From assembly GCA_016861085.1 (NCBI GenBank), contig BOKR01000001.1, forward strand, positions 515,271 to 579,270: a stretch of DNA of 64,000 nt, in the 5' to 3' direction. Under the pieces are notes generated by a model. The model did not search any database and was not told the DNA's origin. It saw only the letters and a program-made list of their open reading frames with translations. Every line of letters begins with the position of its first letter. Position 1 is the stretch's first letter. This DNA is from Patescibacteria group bacterium (lineage in GTDB: Bacteria; Patescibacteriota; Microgenomatia; UBA1400; PJMF01). This document shows positions 18,172 through 27,795 of this stretch, in pieces. Made by a program: the position numbers and the translations under genes.

Positions 18172-19091
18172 TAGTCTTTCCAGTAGTTCACAAAGTACTC
18201 TACAGTTTCTGTAATACCTTCATTAATACTAACTCGTGCGTGCCAGCCAAGTATATCTCTTGCTTTTTGAGCACTCGCATACAATACCAATGGATCACCA
18301 GGTCGCTCTGGCATGTGCACAATATTTGCTTTTTTTCCTAGTACGCGTTCAACTTCATGAGCAATTTCTAAGACGGTAGTTGGTTTTTCTGTACTCAAAT
18401 TGAAGTAATGATATTGTCTAGGATTTTTAAGAGCAAACTCTAATGACTTCATATGTGCATCAACAATATCTCGTACATGGATGTAATCTCTTTGGTGTTC
18501 ACCAGAGCCATATACTGTGACCTCTTGATCATTATAAATTTGTTTAATAAATCTTGGCATGGCATGAGATTCTGGTTCATGATGTTCCTCAGGACCATAT
18601 AAATTAAAGTATCGTAGGGCAACTCCAGTAAAACCATGTGCCTGAACATAACTTGAAATGAGGCCCTCCATAGCTAATTTTGTCATACCATATGGATTAA
18701 TTGGGATTGTTCTGTCATTCTCTTTAATTGGAATGTGTTGAGGTTCGCCATACACTGCTGCTGAAGAAGAAAATAAGATAGTCTTAATACCATTTTCTCT
18801 CATAGCCTCTAAAACTGATACTGTTCCAGAAATATTAACATCTACAAATCTTTGTGGGTGTTTAACTGACTCACCAGCTTCAATTAAGCCTGCAAAATGT
18901 AAAACCGCGTCAGCATCTCTAATTTCTTCTCGCATGCGCTTTGTATCTAGGATATCAGCAATTACCGTTTCGACATTTGAATCTTTGCTTGGCTTGATGT
19001 CAATATTTTTGATTTGATGACCCGCGATCTGTAGTGCACGAATCATATGTGTGCCCAAAAATCCTGAACCTCCAGTAACAATAATCTTCAT
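18171..19091 (-). CDS. NAD-dependent nucleotide-sugar epimerase (UDP-glucose 4-epimerase family)
   Basis: MKIIVTGGSGFLGTH; S...YxxxK catalytic region (YGMTKLAME). Confidence 0.7.
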   Translation of the reverse strand: MKIIVTGGSGFLGTHMIRALQIAGHQIKNIDIKPSKDSNVETVIADILDTKRMREEIRDADAVLHFAGLIEAGESVKHPQRFVDVNISGTVSVLEAMRENGIKTILFSSSAAVYGEPQHIPIKENDRTIPINPYGMTKLAMEGLISSYVQAHGFTGVALRYFNLYGPEEHHEPESHAMPRFIKQIYNDQEVTVYGSGEHQRDYIHVRDIVDAHMKSLEFALKNPRQYHYFNLSTEKPTTVLEIAHEVERVLGKKANIVHMPERPGDPLVLYASAQKARDILGWHARVSINEGITETVEYFVNYWKD

Positions 19092-19100
19092 ATTTTTCCT

Positions 19101-20288
19101 TTATGCTATCCAGTATCCCTGGACAAACATGACTGTATGTACTATTAGTAAAACTATACTCATTGTAAACCAAGTATACCTAAAAACTTTAGATTTTTCT
19201 GCCCAAATTGCCAGGATACTGAATATTGGAAAACAAACTAAAATATATCGGGGCATACTAGAAAATGTGCCAGTAATCGTTGGAACAAAGAAAGCTAGCA
19301 ATGCAAACAAAGTGCAACTTAATCTAGTTTTTGTCACTGAAAGTACAATTCCAAGTAATCCAAAAATTCCAACCAAGAACTCTAGAATATATGAATAATA
19401 TTTAAGATCAAATGGTCGAGCAGTTAAAAGTATTTTAATATACCGCCACACCACTTGTGGATATAAAACAACACTTTCTTGTCTGATTCCACCTCCAAAT
19501 TCTGATTGTACATGAAAAAAATAGAGGGGGTCACCAAATTCTTTATATAAATAGTACATATAAGCAAGTAAGCCAGCAGAACCCAATGCAACTATCCCAA
19601 CTGGTTGTATTACTTTTCTCCATGCTGTAAGGCTATTTTTGACGTTTTTTTGTAGTTCTTTAAGAGAGATGCCCCATTGAATATTTGGAAAAACAATTTC
19701 TATAAGTACTGCTGGCAATAATAAAATTCCGGTTACTCTTGTGGCACTTGCAAGCGCAATACAAAGAGCTGTCAACCAATATCTCTTCTTTTGTACAGAC
19801 CAAAATGTACCTATGACAAATAGTAGAAAGAGGGACTCTGTGTAAGATGCAGCAAAGAAGAAAGATGTTGGAAACAACAATAAGACTGCAGTTGCCCAAT
19901 AAGCTACTGTTTGGCTGAAACTATGCTTAATACATTGGTACCAGAAAAAAAGTAACAATAAAAATGAAACATTAGAGACAACTAAACTTGCCAAAAGATA
20001 ATTATCAACTATGAAGTTAACTATCTTTGATAAATACGGATAAACAGGGAAAAAAGCTTGGATAAGATCGGCTCCACGGTAGCCATTTTTCATAATTGTT
20101 AAATAATGAACACCATCAAAATTTGCCCAGGAATACACCCATCTTGGTAAATCAAATGTATCAAGTAGGCCATCGGCGTAAGGAAAGCTTGGATCGTAGG
20201 TTAAAACAGAATCAGCTAAAAAACCAATTAAAAAAAGAGCCAGACGCCAAAACAAAAAAATAATAAATAACTTCCAAAAAGTCTTCAT
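19101..20288 (-). CDS. GT-C-fold membrane glycosyltransferase, PIG-V/Mannosyl_trans2-like (GT76-like)
   Basis: About 10 TM segments. N-terminal loop WANFDGVHYLTIMKNGY resembles the conserved GPI-mannosyltransferase-2 motif. Confidence 0.5.
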   Translation of the reverse strand: MKTFWKLFIIFLFWRLALFLIGFLADSVLTYDPSFPYADGLLDTFDLPRWVYSWANFDGVHYLTIMKNGYRGADLIQAFFPVYPYLSKIVNFIVDNYLLASLVVSNVSFLLLLFFWYQCIKHSFSQTVAYWATAVLLLFPTSFFFAASYTESLFLLFVIGTFWSVQKKRYWLTALCIALASATRVTGILLLPAVLIEIVFPNIQWGISLKELQKNVKNSLTAWRKVIQPVGIVALGSAGLLAYMYYLYKEFGDPLYFFHVQSEFGGGIRQESVVLYPQVVWRYIKILLTARPFDLKYYSYILEFLVGIFGLLGIVLSVTKTRLSCTLFALLAFFVPTITGTFSSMPRYILVCFPIFSILAIWAEKSKVFRYTWFTMSIVLLIVHTVMFVQGYWIA

Positions 20289-21373
20289 TCAGATTTCTCG
20301 TGATTTAGTTTCAACACTTTTTTATATACTGTAGCTGTTTCTTGGGCAGTTTTATCCCAGCTGAAGTTTTGTGACCACTTGTATGCTTCCCGAATAAACG
20401 TATCTCTCCTTGTTTTAGACCAAGAAAGTACTTCAGCTACCTTAGCGGCAAAATCCTCAGCAGTTGGTTCGCTAAAAACCACATGTTCACCACCAACTTC
20501 TAGTAATGATGAATTACGACTACAGACAACTGGAGTGCGACATTGCATAGCTTCTAGAACTGGCAACCCAAATCCTTCATATAAAGAAGGCTGAATATAA
20601 AGCTGTGCACCTGTATATATTGCTCCTAATTCGTCAAGTGATTCAGTTAAAACGTTATTGAGAAAAACGACTCTATCTGAAACATCACTCAATGCCAGCT
20701 GGGTTTCTATCCATTGCCATTCAGGTATTTCTTGAGGAGTAAAGTTCCGGCCCAAACAGACCAACGTAACTGATTCATCTTCAATAAACTTCATCATTTT
20801 TATCAATTGTGGAATGTTTTTATTATAGTTAATATCCCCCACATATAAAATATATTTATCTGGTAGCTTATTTTTATATTTGACTCTTTTAATGATATCC
20901 TCGTCTTGAGCTCTCAAACTTGGATTGGCGGCTAAATACACAACATGAATCTTGTGTTCTGGAATTCTTAAGTGTTTGATAATGTCTGCTTTTGATGCCT
21001 GGGAATCTGTTATGACTGCAGCAGCACTTCTGAGCGCTAATTTTTGTTTCTTTAAGCGTAACTTCCCCTTGATACCAGCTTTGTAGTACTCAGGAAAGAT
21101 AAGTGGGATCACATCATGAACAGTTACAACCTTATTCTTAAATGGATTAATTGGTAACGTATCAAAATAAAGGTCAAAAAAAGGATAATGAATTATATCT
21201 GGCTTAATGGTGTCAGTTTTGCTCATCGTACTACTTTTATGCACCTCAATCTCGCTGATTCCTTCAAGATGTTCTAAAAGTAAACGAGCATATGTGCCAA
21301 TTCCGCGTGAAGAATGCTCACCAGCCAAAACACTTGTCTCAAACACTACAGTAATTTTTTTATCTGCTTGCAT
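20285..21373 (-). CDS. GT4-family glycosyltransferase
   Basis: QPSLYEGFGLPVLEAMQCRTPVVCS motif. Confidence 0.75.
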   Translation of the reverse strand: MQADKKITVVFETSVLAGEHSSRGIGTYARLLLEHLEGISEIEVHKSSTMSKTDTIKPDIIHYPFFDLYFDTLPINPFKNKVVTVHDVIPLIFPEYYKAGIKGKLRLKKQKLALRSAAAVITDSQASKADIIKHLRIPEHKIHVVYLAANPSLRAQDEDIIKRVKYKNKLPDKYILYVGDINYNKNIPQLIKMMKFIEDESVTLVCLGRNFTPQEIPEWQWIETQLALSDVSDRVVFLNNVLTESLDELGAIYTGAQLYIQPSLYEGFGLPVLEAMQCRTPVVCSRNSSLLEVGGEHVVFSEPTAEDFAAKVAEVLSWSKTRRDTFIREAYKWSQNFSWDKTAQETATVYKKVLKLNHEKSE

Positions 21374-22169
21374 AATTACCTTCTTTGGCCAGCTTCTTTT
21401 TTTCTTTTAGTTCCCAAAGCTGTAAGTATGCAACTGCATGATGCAGTCCACTCATGACAGCAAAAACAAATCCGGGTACCCCGTCAACAAACCCTTTATG
21501 TCTGATGAAAATTTGTAAAAAGGTTTTAAGGGGTTTAATACCTATGTACTCGAGTGTAGTTACAGGGTTTATTTGTATACCATCTTTTTCTAACTGGTGT
21601 GCTTTAAAGCTAGTATATGTTCCAAACTTTCGTAAATAATCAGCAAATGTAGGATTAGCAAAGTGAATTAAATGACCTTCTGCCCAACCAATTTCACCTT
21701 TCACTTGCATCTGTTCATGCACATCTTTTTGAGGCAGTTTTGCGTATCCATTTACGTACAGTCGAATAACAGGATCTGGATATTGACCCCCTTTTTGAAA
21801 ATATTGACCTAAAAAGTAATTCTTTCGTTTCAGCCACCAGGCTAGTGGGCCACGATACCCTTCTTTCATGATGATTTTATGGGTTCTTTTGATAAATTCC
21901 TTTAACTCATCATCAGGCCATTCATCTGCATCAAGTTGCAAAACCAACTCACCTTTAGCTTCATCCATAGCCATTTGCTTATTTATATGAAAGTTTGGTT
22001 TGTTAGAAGTAATAATTACTTTTGCCCCAAGCTTCTTAGCTAAATCTGGGGTTTTATCTGTGGAAGAGCCATCTACAACAATGATTTCACCTGCGATTTC
22101 TTTGATTGATCGCAAACATTTTTCAATATTTTTTTCTTCATTGTAAGTAGCTAAAACAACAGAAAGCAT
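21360..22169 (-). CDS. GT2-family glycosyltransferase; first gene of the long minus-strand operon
   Basis: LSVVLATYNEEKNI, IIVVDGSSTDKT, LQLDADEW motifs. Confidence 0.7.
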   Translation of the reverse strand: MLSVVLATYNEEKNIEKCLRSIKEIAGEIIVVDGSSTDKTPDLAKKLGAKVIITSNKPNFHINKQMAMDEAKGELVLQLDADEWPDDELKEFIKRTHKIIMKEGYRGPLAWWLKRKNYFLGQYFQKGGQYPDPVIRLYVNGYAKLPQKDVHEQMQVKGEIGWAEGHLIHFANPTFADYLRKFGTYTSFKAHQLEKDGIQINPVTTLEYIGIKPLKTFLQIFIRHKGFVDGVPGFVFAVMSGLHHAVAYLQLWELKEKKKLAKEGNYASR

Positions 22170-22232
22170 AGAGTCATTGTATCAAAGTCAAGTCGTAATA
22201 TCTAATAGGTCTACGGTATAATGGAATCATAA
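22170..22232. promoter_or_regulatory. Divergent intergenic region between the minus-strand glycan operon and the plus-strand GT-C gene; contains a tataat -10-like hexamer
   Basis: The only non-coding gap in >15 kb. ggtataatgg at about 22216-22225. Confidence 0.2.
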
Positions 22233-23792
22233 ATGTACGTACTTAGTATACTGAAAAAAAATTATATACTCGTTTTCATCTTGCTTTTGGCCTTATTTTT
22301 AAGAGTATACACGATTAGTGGAAACAATATTTTTTTCTACTATGATCAAGCCAGAGACGCAGTTGTTAGCTCCAGCATTATTACTGATAAGGACATAAAG
22401 ATTCAAGGTCCTTCTGTGAGTGGAACAAATGATAGTGTATACCACGGTGTACTATACTATTACGTCATTGCCCCAGCGTATGTACTTGGTGGCGGTAGTC
22501 CATTTGTTGTTTCCGCATACTTGGCAGTCATTTCATTATTGGGAATCATCGTTACCTATAAAATAAGTATAGAAGTCTTTAAATCAAAAACTGTTGGGCT
22601 TATTGCAGCCTTTTTTCAGTCTGTTTCAGCAGTTAGCATTCACTTAAGTACTTGGCTTTCTAACCCGAATTTATCTGGAATATTTGTTCCACTGACATAC
22701 TATTATATTTGGAAAATATTTCTTTCTGAAATAAAACAGTCAAAAATAAGTTATATTTTTTTTGGAGCTAGTATTGCGTTATCTATGCAGTCTGCGTTGC
22801 AGAATATAACAATATTTGGTAGTATTTTTATTGTTTTTATCTATTCAATTTTCAATAAATTCTATAAATTAGAAGTTCAGAAATTACTTTTTTCTGTTTT
22901 TACCTTTTTTGTAGGTATTTCTACAATGATTCTCACTGAAATTCTTATGTATAGACGGGGCATACTTTCACTTGAAAGTTTGAACCTTAACCAACATGAG
23001 ACAAATTTTTTCGAAATATTGCCTCAAATTGCTTCTAAATATTATTTTATTATTTCTAATATTTTGGTTGCGCAAAAACTATTTGTACTTCCAATATTCA
23101 TTGTTCTAATTGCGCTTGTGTTTATCGCTAAAATGAACAGAAAACAAGCTATTTTGATGTTGGTCTTTTTGTTGGCTCCGCTTTGGCTTCTTGTTTGGCA
23201 TTACAGAGATCCAAATCATACATTTATTGGTGTAGAAACTGTTATATTCTTACTGTTATCAGCAGGCATCACACGATTGATAAAGCAAAAGAAGCAAATA
23301 CTCAATTTATTAGGTTTTGCATTTTTGGGAACGTTTGCAGTTGCAAATTTCATACAAATACTTGATTGGAACAAACAACAACATCATCATTTTGGAGTCA
23401 TCCAGAATGGTGCTTTTTTAAACCGCCAACTACAAGTTGTTGACAAAACCTATGAAATAGCTAACGGCTCTCAATTTTCCTTTTCTAGCCTTACAAGTCC
23501 ATATGCAATAAACGCAACATGGGATTATCTGTATAGGTGGCATGGCCAATCCAAATATGGTTACACACCATATTACATTGGTATCGATCAAAAATACTTT
23601 ATTACAGAAAAAGTATTGGAACAAAAATACCAACCAGAAACATTGCATTTTATTATTTTTGAGCCAGATACAACTTTGAGTGAAGAAATTCAAAATGATT
23701 TTATTAAGAATCAATATGACACATTTGGAACATTCACAGTTGATACTAATTACCAATTCGGTTCATTAAAATTAAAACAGCTTGCTCAATAG
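22233..23792 (+). CDS. Polytopic membrane protein, putative GT-C-type glycosyltransferase (family unassigned)
   Basis: 519 aa with at least 10 hydrophobic helices. N-terminal loop FFYYDQARDA is reminiscent of GT-C acidic loop motifs. Confidence 0.4.
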   Translation: MYVLSILKKNYILVFILLLALFLRVYTISGNNIFFYYDQARDAVVSSSIITDKDIKIQGPSVSGTNDSVYHGVLYYYVIAPAYVLGGGSPFVVSAYLAVISLLGIIVTYKISIEVFKSKTVGLIAAFFQSVSAVSIHLSTWLSNPNLSGIFVPLTYYYIWKIFLSEIKQSKISYIFFGASIALSMQSALQNITIFGSIFIVFIYSIFNKFYKLEVQKLLFSVFTFFVGISTMILTEILMYRRGILSLESLNLNQHETNFFEILPQIASKYYFIISNILVAQKLFVLPIFIVLIALVFIAKMNRKQAILMLVFLLAPLWLLVWHYRDPNHTFIGVETVIFLLLSAGITRLIKQKKQILNLLGFAFLGTFAVANFIQILDWNKQQHHHFGVIQNGAFLNRQLQVVDKTYEIANGSQFSFSSLTSPYAINATWDYLYRWHGQSKYGYTPYYIGIDQKYFITEKVLEQKYQPETLHFIIFEPDTTLSEEIQNDFIKNQYDTFGTFTVDTNYQFGSLKLKQLAQ

Positions 23793-25469
23793 TTGATTTA
23801 CTTTTTTTCTAAAAACAATAATTAATCCAATAAAAAATACACTCACTAGAGTTATTGCATTTGCCAATAACACAGTTTTTGTTTGAGTAAATTTGACCTC
23901 TACACTATGCTTGCCTGCTGGTAACCAATACGTTATTACACCCCGGTGATTTATATCTTGAAATTCAATTGGGACCTCTACTCCGTCTGAGTATACTTTC
24001 CAACCTGGATAATAGAATGTGTAATCAATCATTCGAACCGAGTTTTCTGCAGATATTTCATAGGTTCTCAGTGAATTTTTTACAAATACATTCATTAAAT
24101 CAGCTTGACCTTCTAATACTGCAACTTTATCGTCTCTATGAACAGGATATTCTGTTGTACGAGTTGTCCAAATGGTATTCATATTTGATGAATGCAAGTT
24201 ATCGATAGTAAAATAATAGCTGTCTTGGGAAGTTGCAGTGAAATTTTTACCATACACCTGTGCAAATCTATTCCATGACACTACTACAATAATTAACATT
24301 CCTAAAATAATCTGTATACTATCTTTTTTGTGCTTATCAATAAAAAATGCTGCAATAAGAGGTGGGATAAAAATAAAAGTTGATAGCATTCTCCAAGGAA
24401 ATTGAATATTACTTAAAAAATCTATTGAAAGATATATGGGTTCAGCTAATTGAGTGGTTAAGAAAAGTGTGATAATGCCTACAATAACCGATAAGTCAAA
24501 AAGATGAAATTTTTGCTTCTTAATTTTTCGTATAACACCATATACTACTCCAGATAACAATAAAATAAATTCTATTGCTCCAGTTTTAATAAAATGTCCT
24601 CTAGAAAGAATTTCGTTTCTTTCAGTAATAAAGTAGTACCATTGCGGATCAAGGAAATTGTGTAAACCTAATGTAGAGTTAAAAGTATAATAATTTGTAT
24701 ACAACGCATAATAAAAGTATTGAATGTCTTTTAGGAGGGGTAACAAGTAATAACTACTTAACAAAACACCTATAACCCCAGAAGCTGAAATAAGAATAAG
24801 TAACTTTATTTTCTCTTTTTCTTGCAAGATCAAATAGAGAATGTACGGAACAATAAAAAATGCTCCCGTCAAAACATTCATAGGATGGCTTAAGATGAGT
24901 CCAGTAACTGAAAATGAAAGCCAAATAAATGACCACCACGTTTTTTTCCTAGACAGTGCAAACAGAAATATTAGAATAGAAATAAAAAATACTGACGAGA
25001 AATACTCTGGAATAGCACCGCGAATATAGGTATTTATTATTCTATATGGTGCAAAATTAAATAAAAAAGCGCCAATAAAACTAGGCCACTGCCTAAAATA
25101 AAATCGAAGAAAAACATAAAATAACAGCACTGACACCACTGTGGCAATCACATACACCAAATTAAATGAGACAACTACATTATTCGTCAAAAAAGTTAAA
25201 AAACCACCAAGATAGGAAGTTACTTGCTGAATAAAGGACCCAACTGGCAAACCATAATTAGCAAACCCATCAGTCCAACGAACAGGAAAATCACCATCCA
25301 ACAAAGCTGCGTGAAACACAGCCATATTGGTAATATGAGAAGTACCGTCCATATTTGCAGGTTGGTTTTTATAGACAAGGGTATCCAACAAAAACACTAA
25401 TGATGATAGAATGAGTAATAAGAGAGCTAGTAGATCAGTTTTATTTACTAATTTTGATTTAAACAGCAT
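23772..25469 (-). CDS. YfhO-like GT-C membrane glycosyltransferase, paralog 1 of 4
   Basis: N-terminal loop LDGDFPVRW...ANYGLP, mid QFPWRML, and C-terminal extracytoplasmic domain YTFYYPGWKVY...AGKHSVEV. All shared with the genes at 29395, 33534 and 45880. Confidence 0.5.
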   Translation of the reverse strand: MLFKSKLVNKTDLLALLLLILSSLVFLLDTLVYKNQPANMDGTSHITNMAVFHAALLDGDFPVRWTDGFANYGLPVGSFIQQVTSYLGGFLTFLTNNVVVSFNLVYVIATVVSVLLFYVFLRFYFRQWPSFIGAFLFNFAPYRIINTYIRGAIPEYFSSVFFISILIFLFALSRKKTWWSFIWLSFSVTGLILSHPMNVLTGAFFIVPYILYLILQEKEKIKLLILISASGVIGVLLSSYYLLPLLKDIQYFYYALYTNYYTFNSTLGLHNFLDPQWYYFITERNEILSRGHFIKTGAIEFILLLSGVVYGVIRKIKKQKFHLFDLSVIVGIITLFLTTQLAEPIYLSIDFLSNIQFPWRMLSTFIFIPPLIAAFFIDKHKKDSIQIILGMLIIVVVSWNRFAQVYGKNFTATSQDSYYFTIDNLHSSNMNTIWTTRTTEYPVHRDDKVAVLEGQADLMNVFVKNSLRTYEISAENSVRMIDYTFYYPGWKVYSDGVEVPIEFQDINHRGVITYWLPAGKHSVEVKFTQTKTVLLANAITLVSVFFIGLIIVFRKKVNQLLSKLF

Positions 25470-25489
25470 ATTTGTAGGACCATTATAGA

Positions 25490-26089
25490 ATGAATATACT
25501 CAAAAAATCTCATGCAAATAGCACAGTATATTTTGTTGTTGGGTTGCTCATTCTTGTGATTGCATTCATTCAGCAGCCAACACTGCGATCTTGGTTGGGA
25601 ATCGGAAATACAAAGATGTGGAATGATTTGGTTCAAACTGTTAATTCTGGATCTCAATCGGTTGCACAGGATGTATGGATGTTTAGAGAATTCTATTCTC
25701 GAGGCAGAATATATCTACAAAAACAGCAACAGTTTCCTATTCCAGAAGAACTGAGTTCTACAGTAAGCTTGCCAGAGTCATTTTCGCCATATTTACTTTT
25801 TAGGTCTCCAAAGTTAGTAAGTATTGAAGGAAGTTTTATTCAGACCGACTCACTGTTCTTTTCTGAAAAATATCTTAAATCTCTAGGTTGGGAGATGGTA
25901 GCACAATCTAGCTCAACTCAAATTGTTACTTCAAAAGACAAAACAGTTGCACTTATTATTAGTGTTTTTGACATACAAGAAGCAAGCACTGCAAATGGAT
26001 ACTTATATTTTGATTTAAGAGACAATACATTTGCTCAAGCAATGAACCAAAAGAAATGGCTTACCATTAGCCTTGTGTCCTTACAATGA
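25490..26089 (+). CDS. Hypothetical exported/membrane-anchored protein (N-terminal signal anchor)
   Basis: Single N-terminal hydrophobic segment VYFVVGLLILVIAF. Ser/Thr-rich patches. No recognisable domain. Confidence 0.4.
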   Translation: MNILKKSHANSTVYFVVGLLILVIAFIQQPTLRSWLGIGNTKMWNDLVQTVNSGSQSVAQDVWMFREFYSRGRIYLQKQQQFPIPEELSSTVSLPESFSPYLLFRSPKLVSIEGSFIQTDSLFFSEKYLKSLGWEMVAQSSSTQIVTSKDKTVALIISVFDIQEASTANGYLYFDLRDNTFAQAMNQKKWLTISLVSLQ

Positions 26090-27795
26090 TGTATACTCGT
26101 ATGGCAATGCAATTTCTAAAAAAACACAAATTTGCCTTACTCTTAGCATTTGTACTTATTGTAGCTGTACTCCTTAGATTTCCCTTTTTAAGTGTGTTTC
26201 CTCCAAGCATGTTACAAGATGAGGTGGGAATTGGATATGCAGCAATAAGTATTGCTGAAACTGGTATGGATGAATGGGGTGAAAAATTTCCACTCATCTT
26301 TAAGTCATTTGGTGATTTTAAAGCTCCTGGGTTCATTTATGTTACGGCAGTACTATATAAACTGATAGGATGGCAAGAGGTCTTACCTAGAATTACTTCT
26401 GCTATTGCTGGCGTATTTGTAGTTTTGTTCGGGACGCTGTGGATTAAAAAAATATTTAAATCAGATGAACTTGCATTGGTAGCTGGTCTGCTACTCGCTG
26501 CTAATCCTTGGACTATTCACTTAAGCAGAATGGCTCTTGAATCTAACCTTGGCTTAGCTTTTTTTATGGCAGGATTATTGTTTCTCAGCCATGCTCAAAA
26601 CTCGTATTTTAAAATAATTTTGTCAGCAGTTTTTTTTAGTTTCAGCACATATACGTTTCACAGTTTTCGATATGCAGTGATACTTTTTTTACTGGCAACA
26701 ATTTTTGTCACACTCATACTTTACTTCAAAGAAATTAAAAAAAAGACACTATATTTAAAGAGTCTCATTTTTATTTTTGTTATTTCTACTATACTTTCTT
26801 TACCTGGTTTTTTTGCAAAAGGTGCAACTGGAAGACTGAATCAAACACTTATTATTACTTCAGATGACTATATAAAGCTCTCAGAGCACTACGAAAATAA
26901 TTGTCATGGAACTTTTATCGAAATAAATCCAAAATTAACCATTCTATGTAAGCTGAAATATAATAAATTTACCAGACAGGCTTTGATAGGAGTTGAGAGC
27001 TTGGTTAAGCATTTTTCACCAGATTTTCTATTTATTTCTGGTGATACAGAGGTGTTGCGCAATCCAACACAAAGTGGCCAATTTTATGTATTTTTACTGC
27101 CATTCTGGATGATTGGTTCTCTTTTGTTGTTTAAAAACATAAAAGAACAGTATCCTATACTACTTGGGTATTTTGTTGCGCTTGTGCCTTCCACAGTTTC
27201 AGGTAACCCACACTCTACGCGCCTTTCAATTCTTATACCATTTGTACTCGTTACTCTTGTACTAGGGTATCAGTTTTTAAAAGACTATTTCAGAAAAGTT
27301 ACATATTTTTCCTTCACATTTTTGAGCATTCTTCTTGTGTTTCTTGGTCTATTCGTAATTCGGTATTCTGTTGATACATTTGCTACTCATGAAATTACTG
27401 CAACATATCTTTCATACGCTAAAAGAGTAGCAATGCTAGAAGGTGAATACCTCAAAAAAGGATATACTGTCTTTGCTGATCATGACCTCTACCCAGAACC
27501 ACACATGTATTATGCTTACTTCAATAAAATTGATCCAAGGATAACTCAGGAGTCGTTTGCCAAAATCTACGAGGAATCTGCCGGTTTTTCCCGACCAAAG
27601 CAATTCGGAGAGTCTCTCTTTTTTGAAAAAGGCGACTTTTTTGCACTCGACTGTGAACTGAATAAAATAAAGCCATCAGTCTTTTTTACTAATGATGCTC
27701 TTGAGAAAATTGAACCAATCACTATTATTAAAGACAATACGCATTTATACAGTTTTGTATATGTTTATGAAGGTTCACAAAAATGCTTGGATTAG
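26086..27795 (+). CDS. PMT/ArnT-like GT-C glycosyltransferase (GT39/GT83-like), paralog 1 of 4
   Basis: First extracytoplasmic loop carries a DE motif (MLQDEVGIGYAA). About 12 TM segments. Confidence 0.6.
   Translation: MMYTRMAMQFLKKHKFALLLAFVLIVAVLLRFPFLSVFPPSMLQDEVGIGYAAISIAETGMDEWGEKFPLIFKSFGDFKAPGFIYVTAVLYKLIGWQEVLPRITSAIAGVFVVLFGTLWIKKIFKSDELALVAGLLLAANPWTIHLSRMALESNLGLAFFMAGLLFLSHAQNSYFKIILSAVFFSFSTYTFHSFRYAVILFLLATIFVTLILYFKEIKKKTLYLKSLIFIFVISTILSLPGFFAKGATGRLNQTLIITSDDYIKLSEHYENNCHGTFIEINPKLTILCKLKYNKFTRQALIGVESLVKHFSPDFLFISGDTEVLRNPTQSGQFYVFLLPFWMIGSLLLFKNIKEQYPILLGYFVALVPSTVSGNPHSTRLSILIPFVLVTLVLGYQFLKDYFRKVTYFSFTFLSILLVFLGLFVIRYSVDTFATHEITATYLSYAKRVAMLEGEYLKKGYTVFADHDLYPEPHMYYAYFNKIDPRITQESFAKIYEESAGFSRPKQFGESLFFEKGDFFALDCELNKIKPSVFFTNDALEKIEPITIIKDNTHLYSFVYVYEGSQKCLD

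Noticed and set aside
10915-21639. Short ORFs listed inside the minus-strand operon (for example 10915-11139, 11458-11849, 12816-13121, 13890-14078, 14734-14928, 16707-17218, 18449-18649, 19051-19398, 19660-19899, 20379-20594, 21207-21639)
   Set aside because: Each overlaps a longer ORF with clear family motifs and lies on the opposite strand or in another frame. None has an RBS or a recognisable domain.
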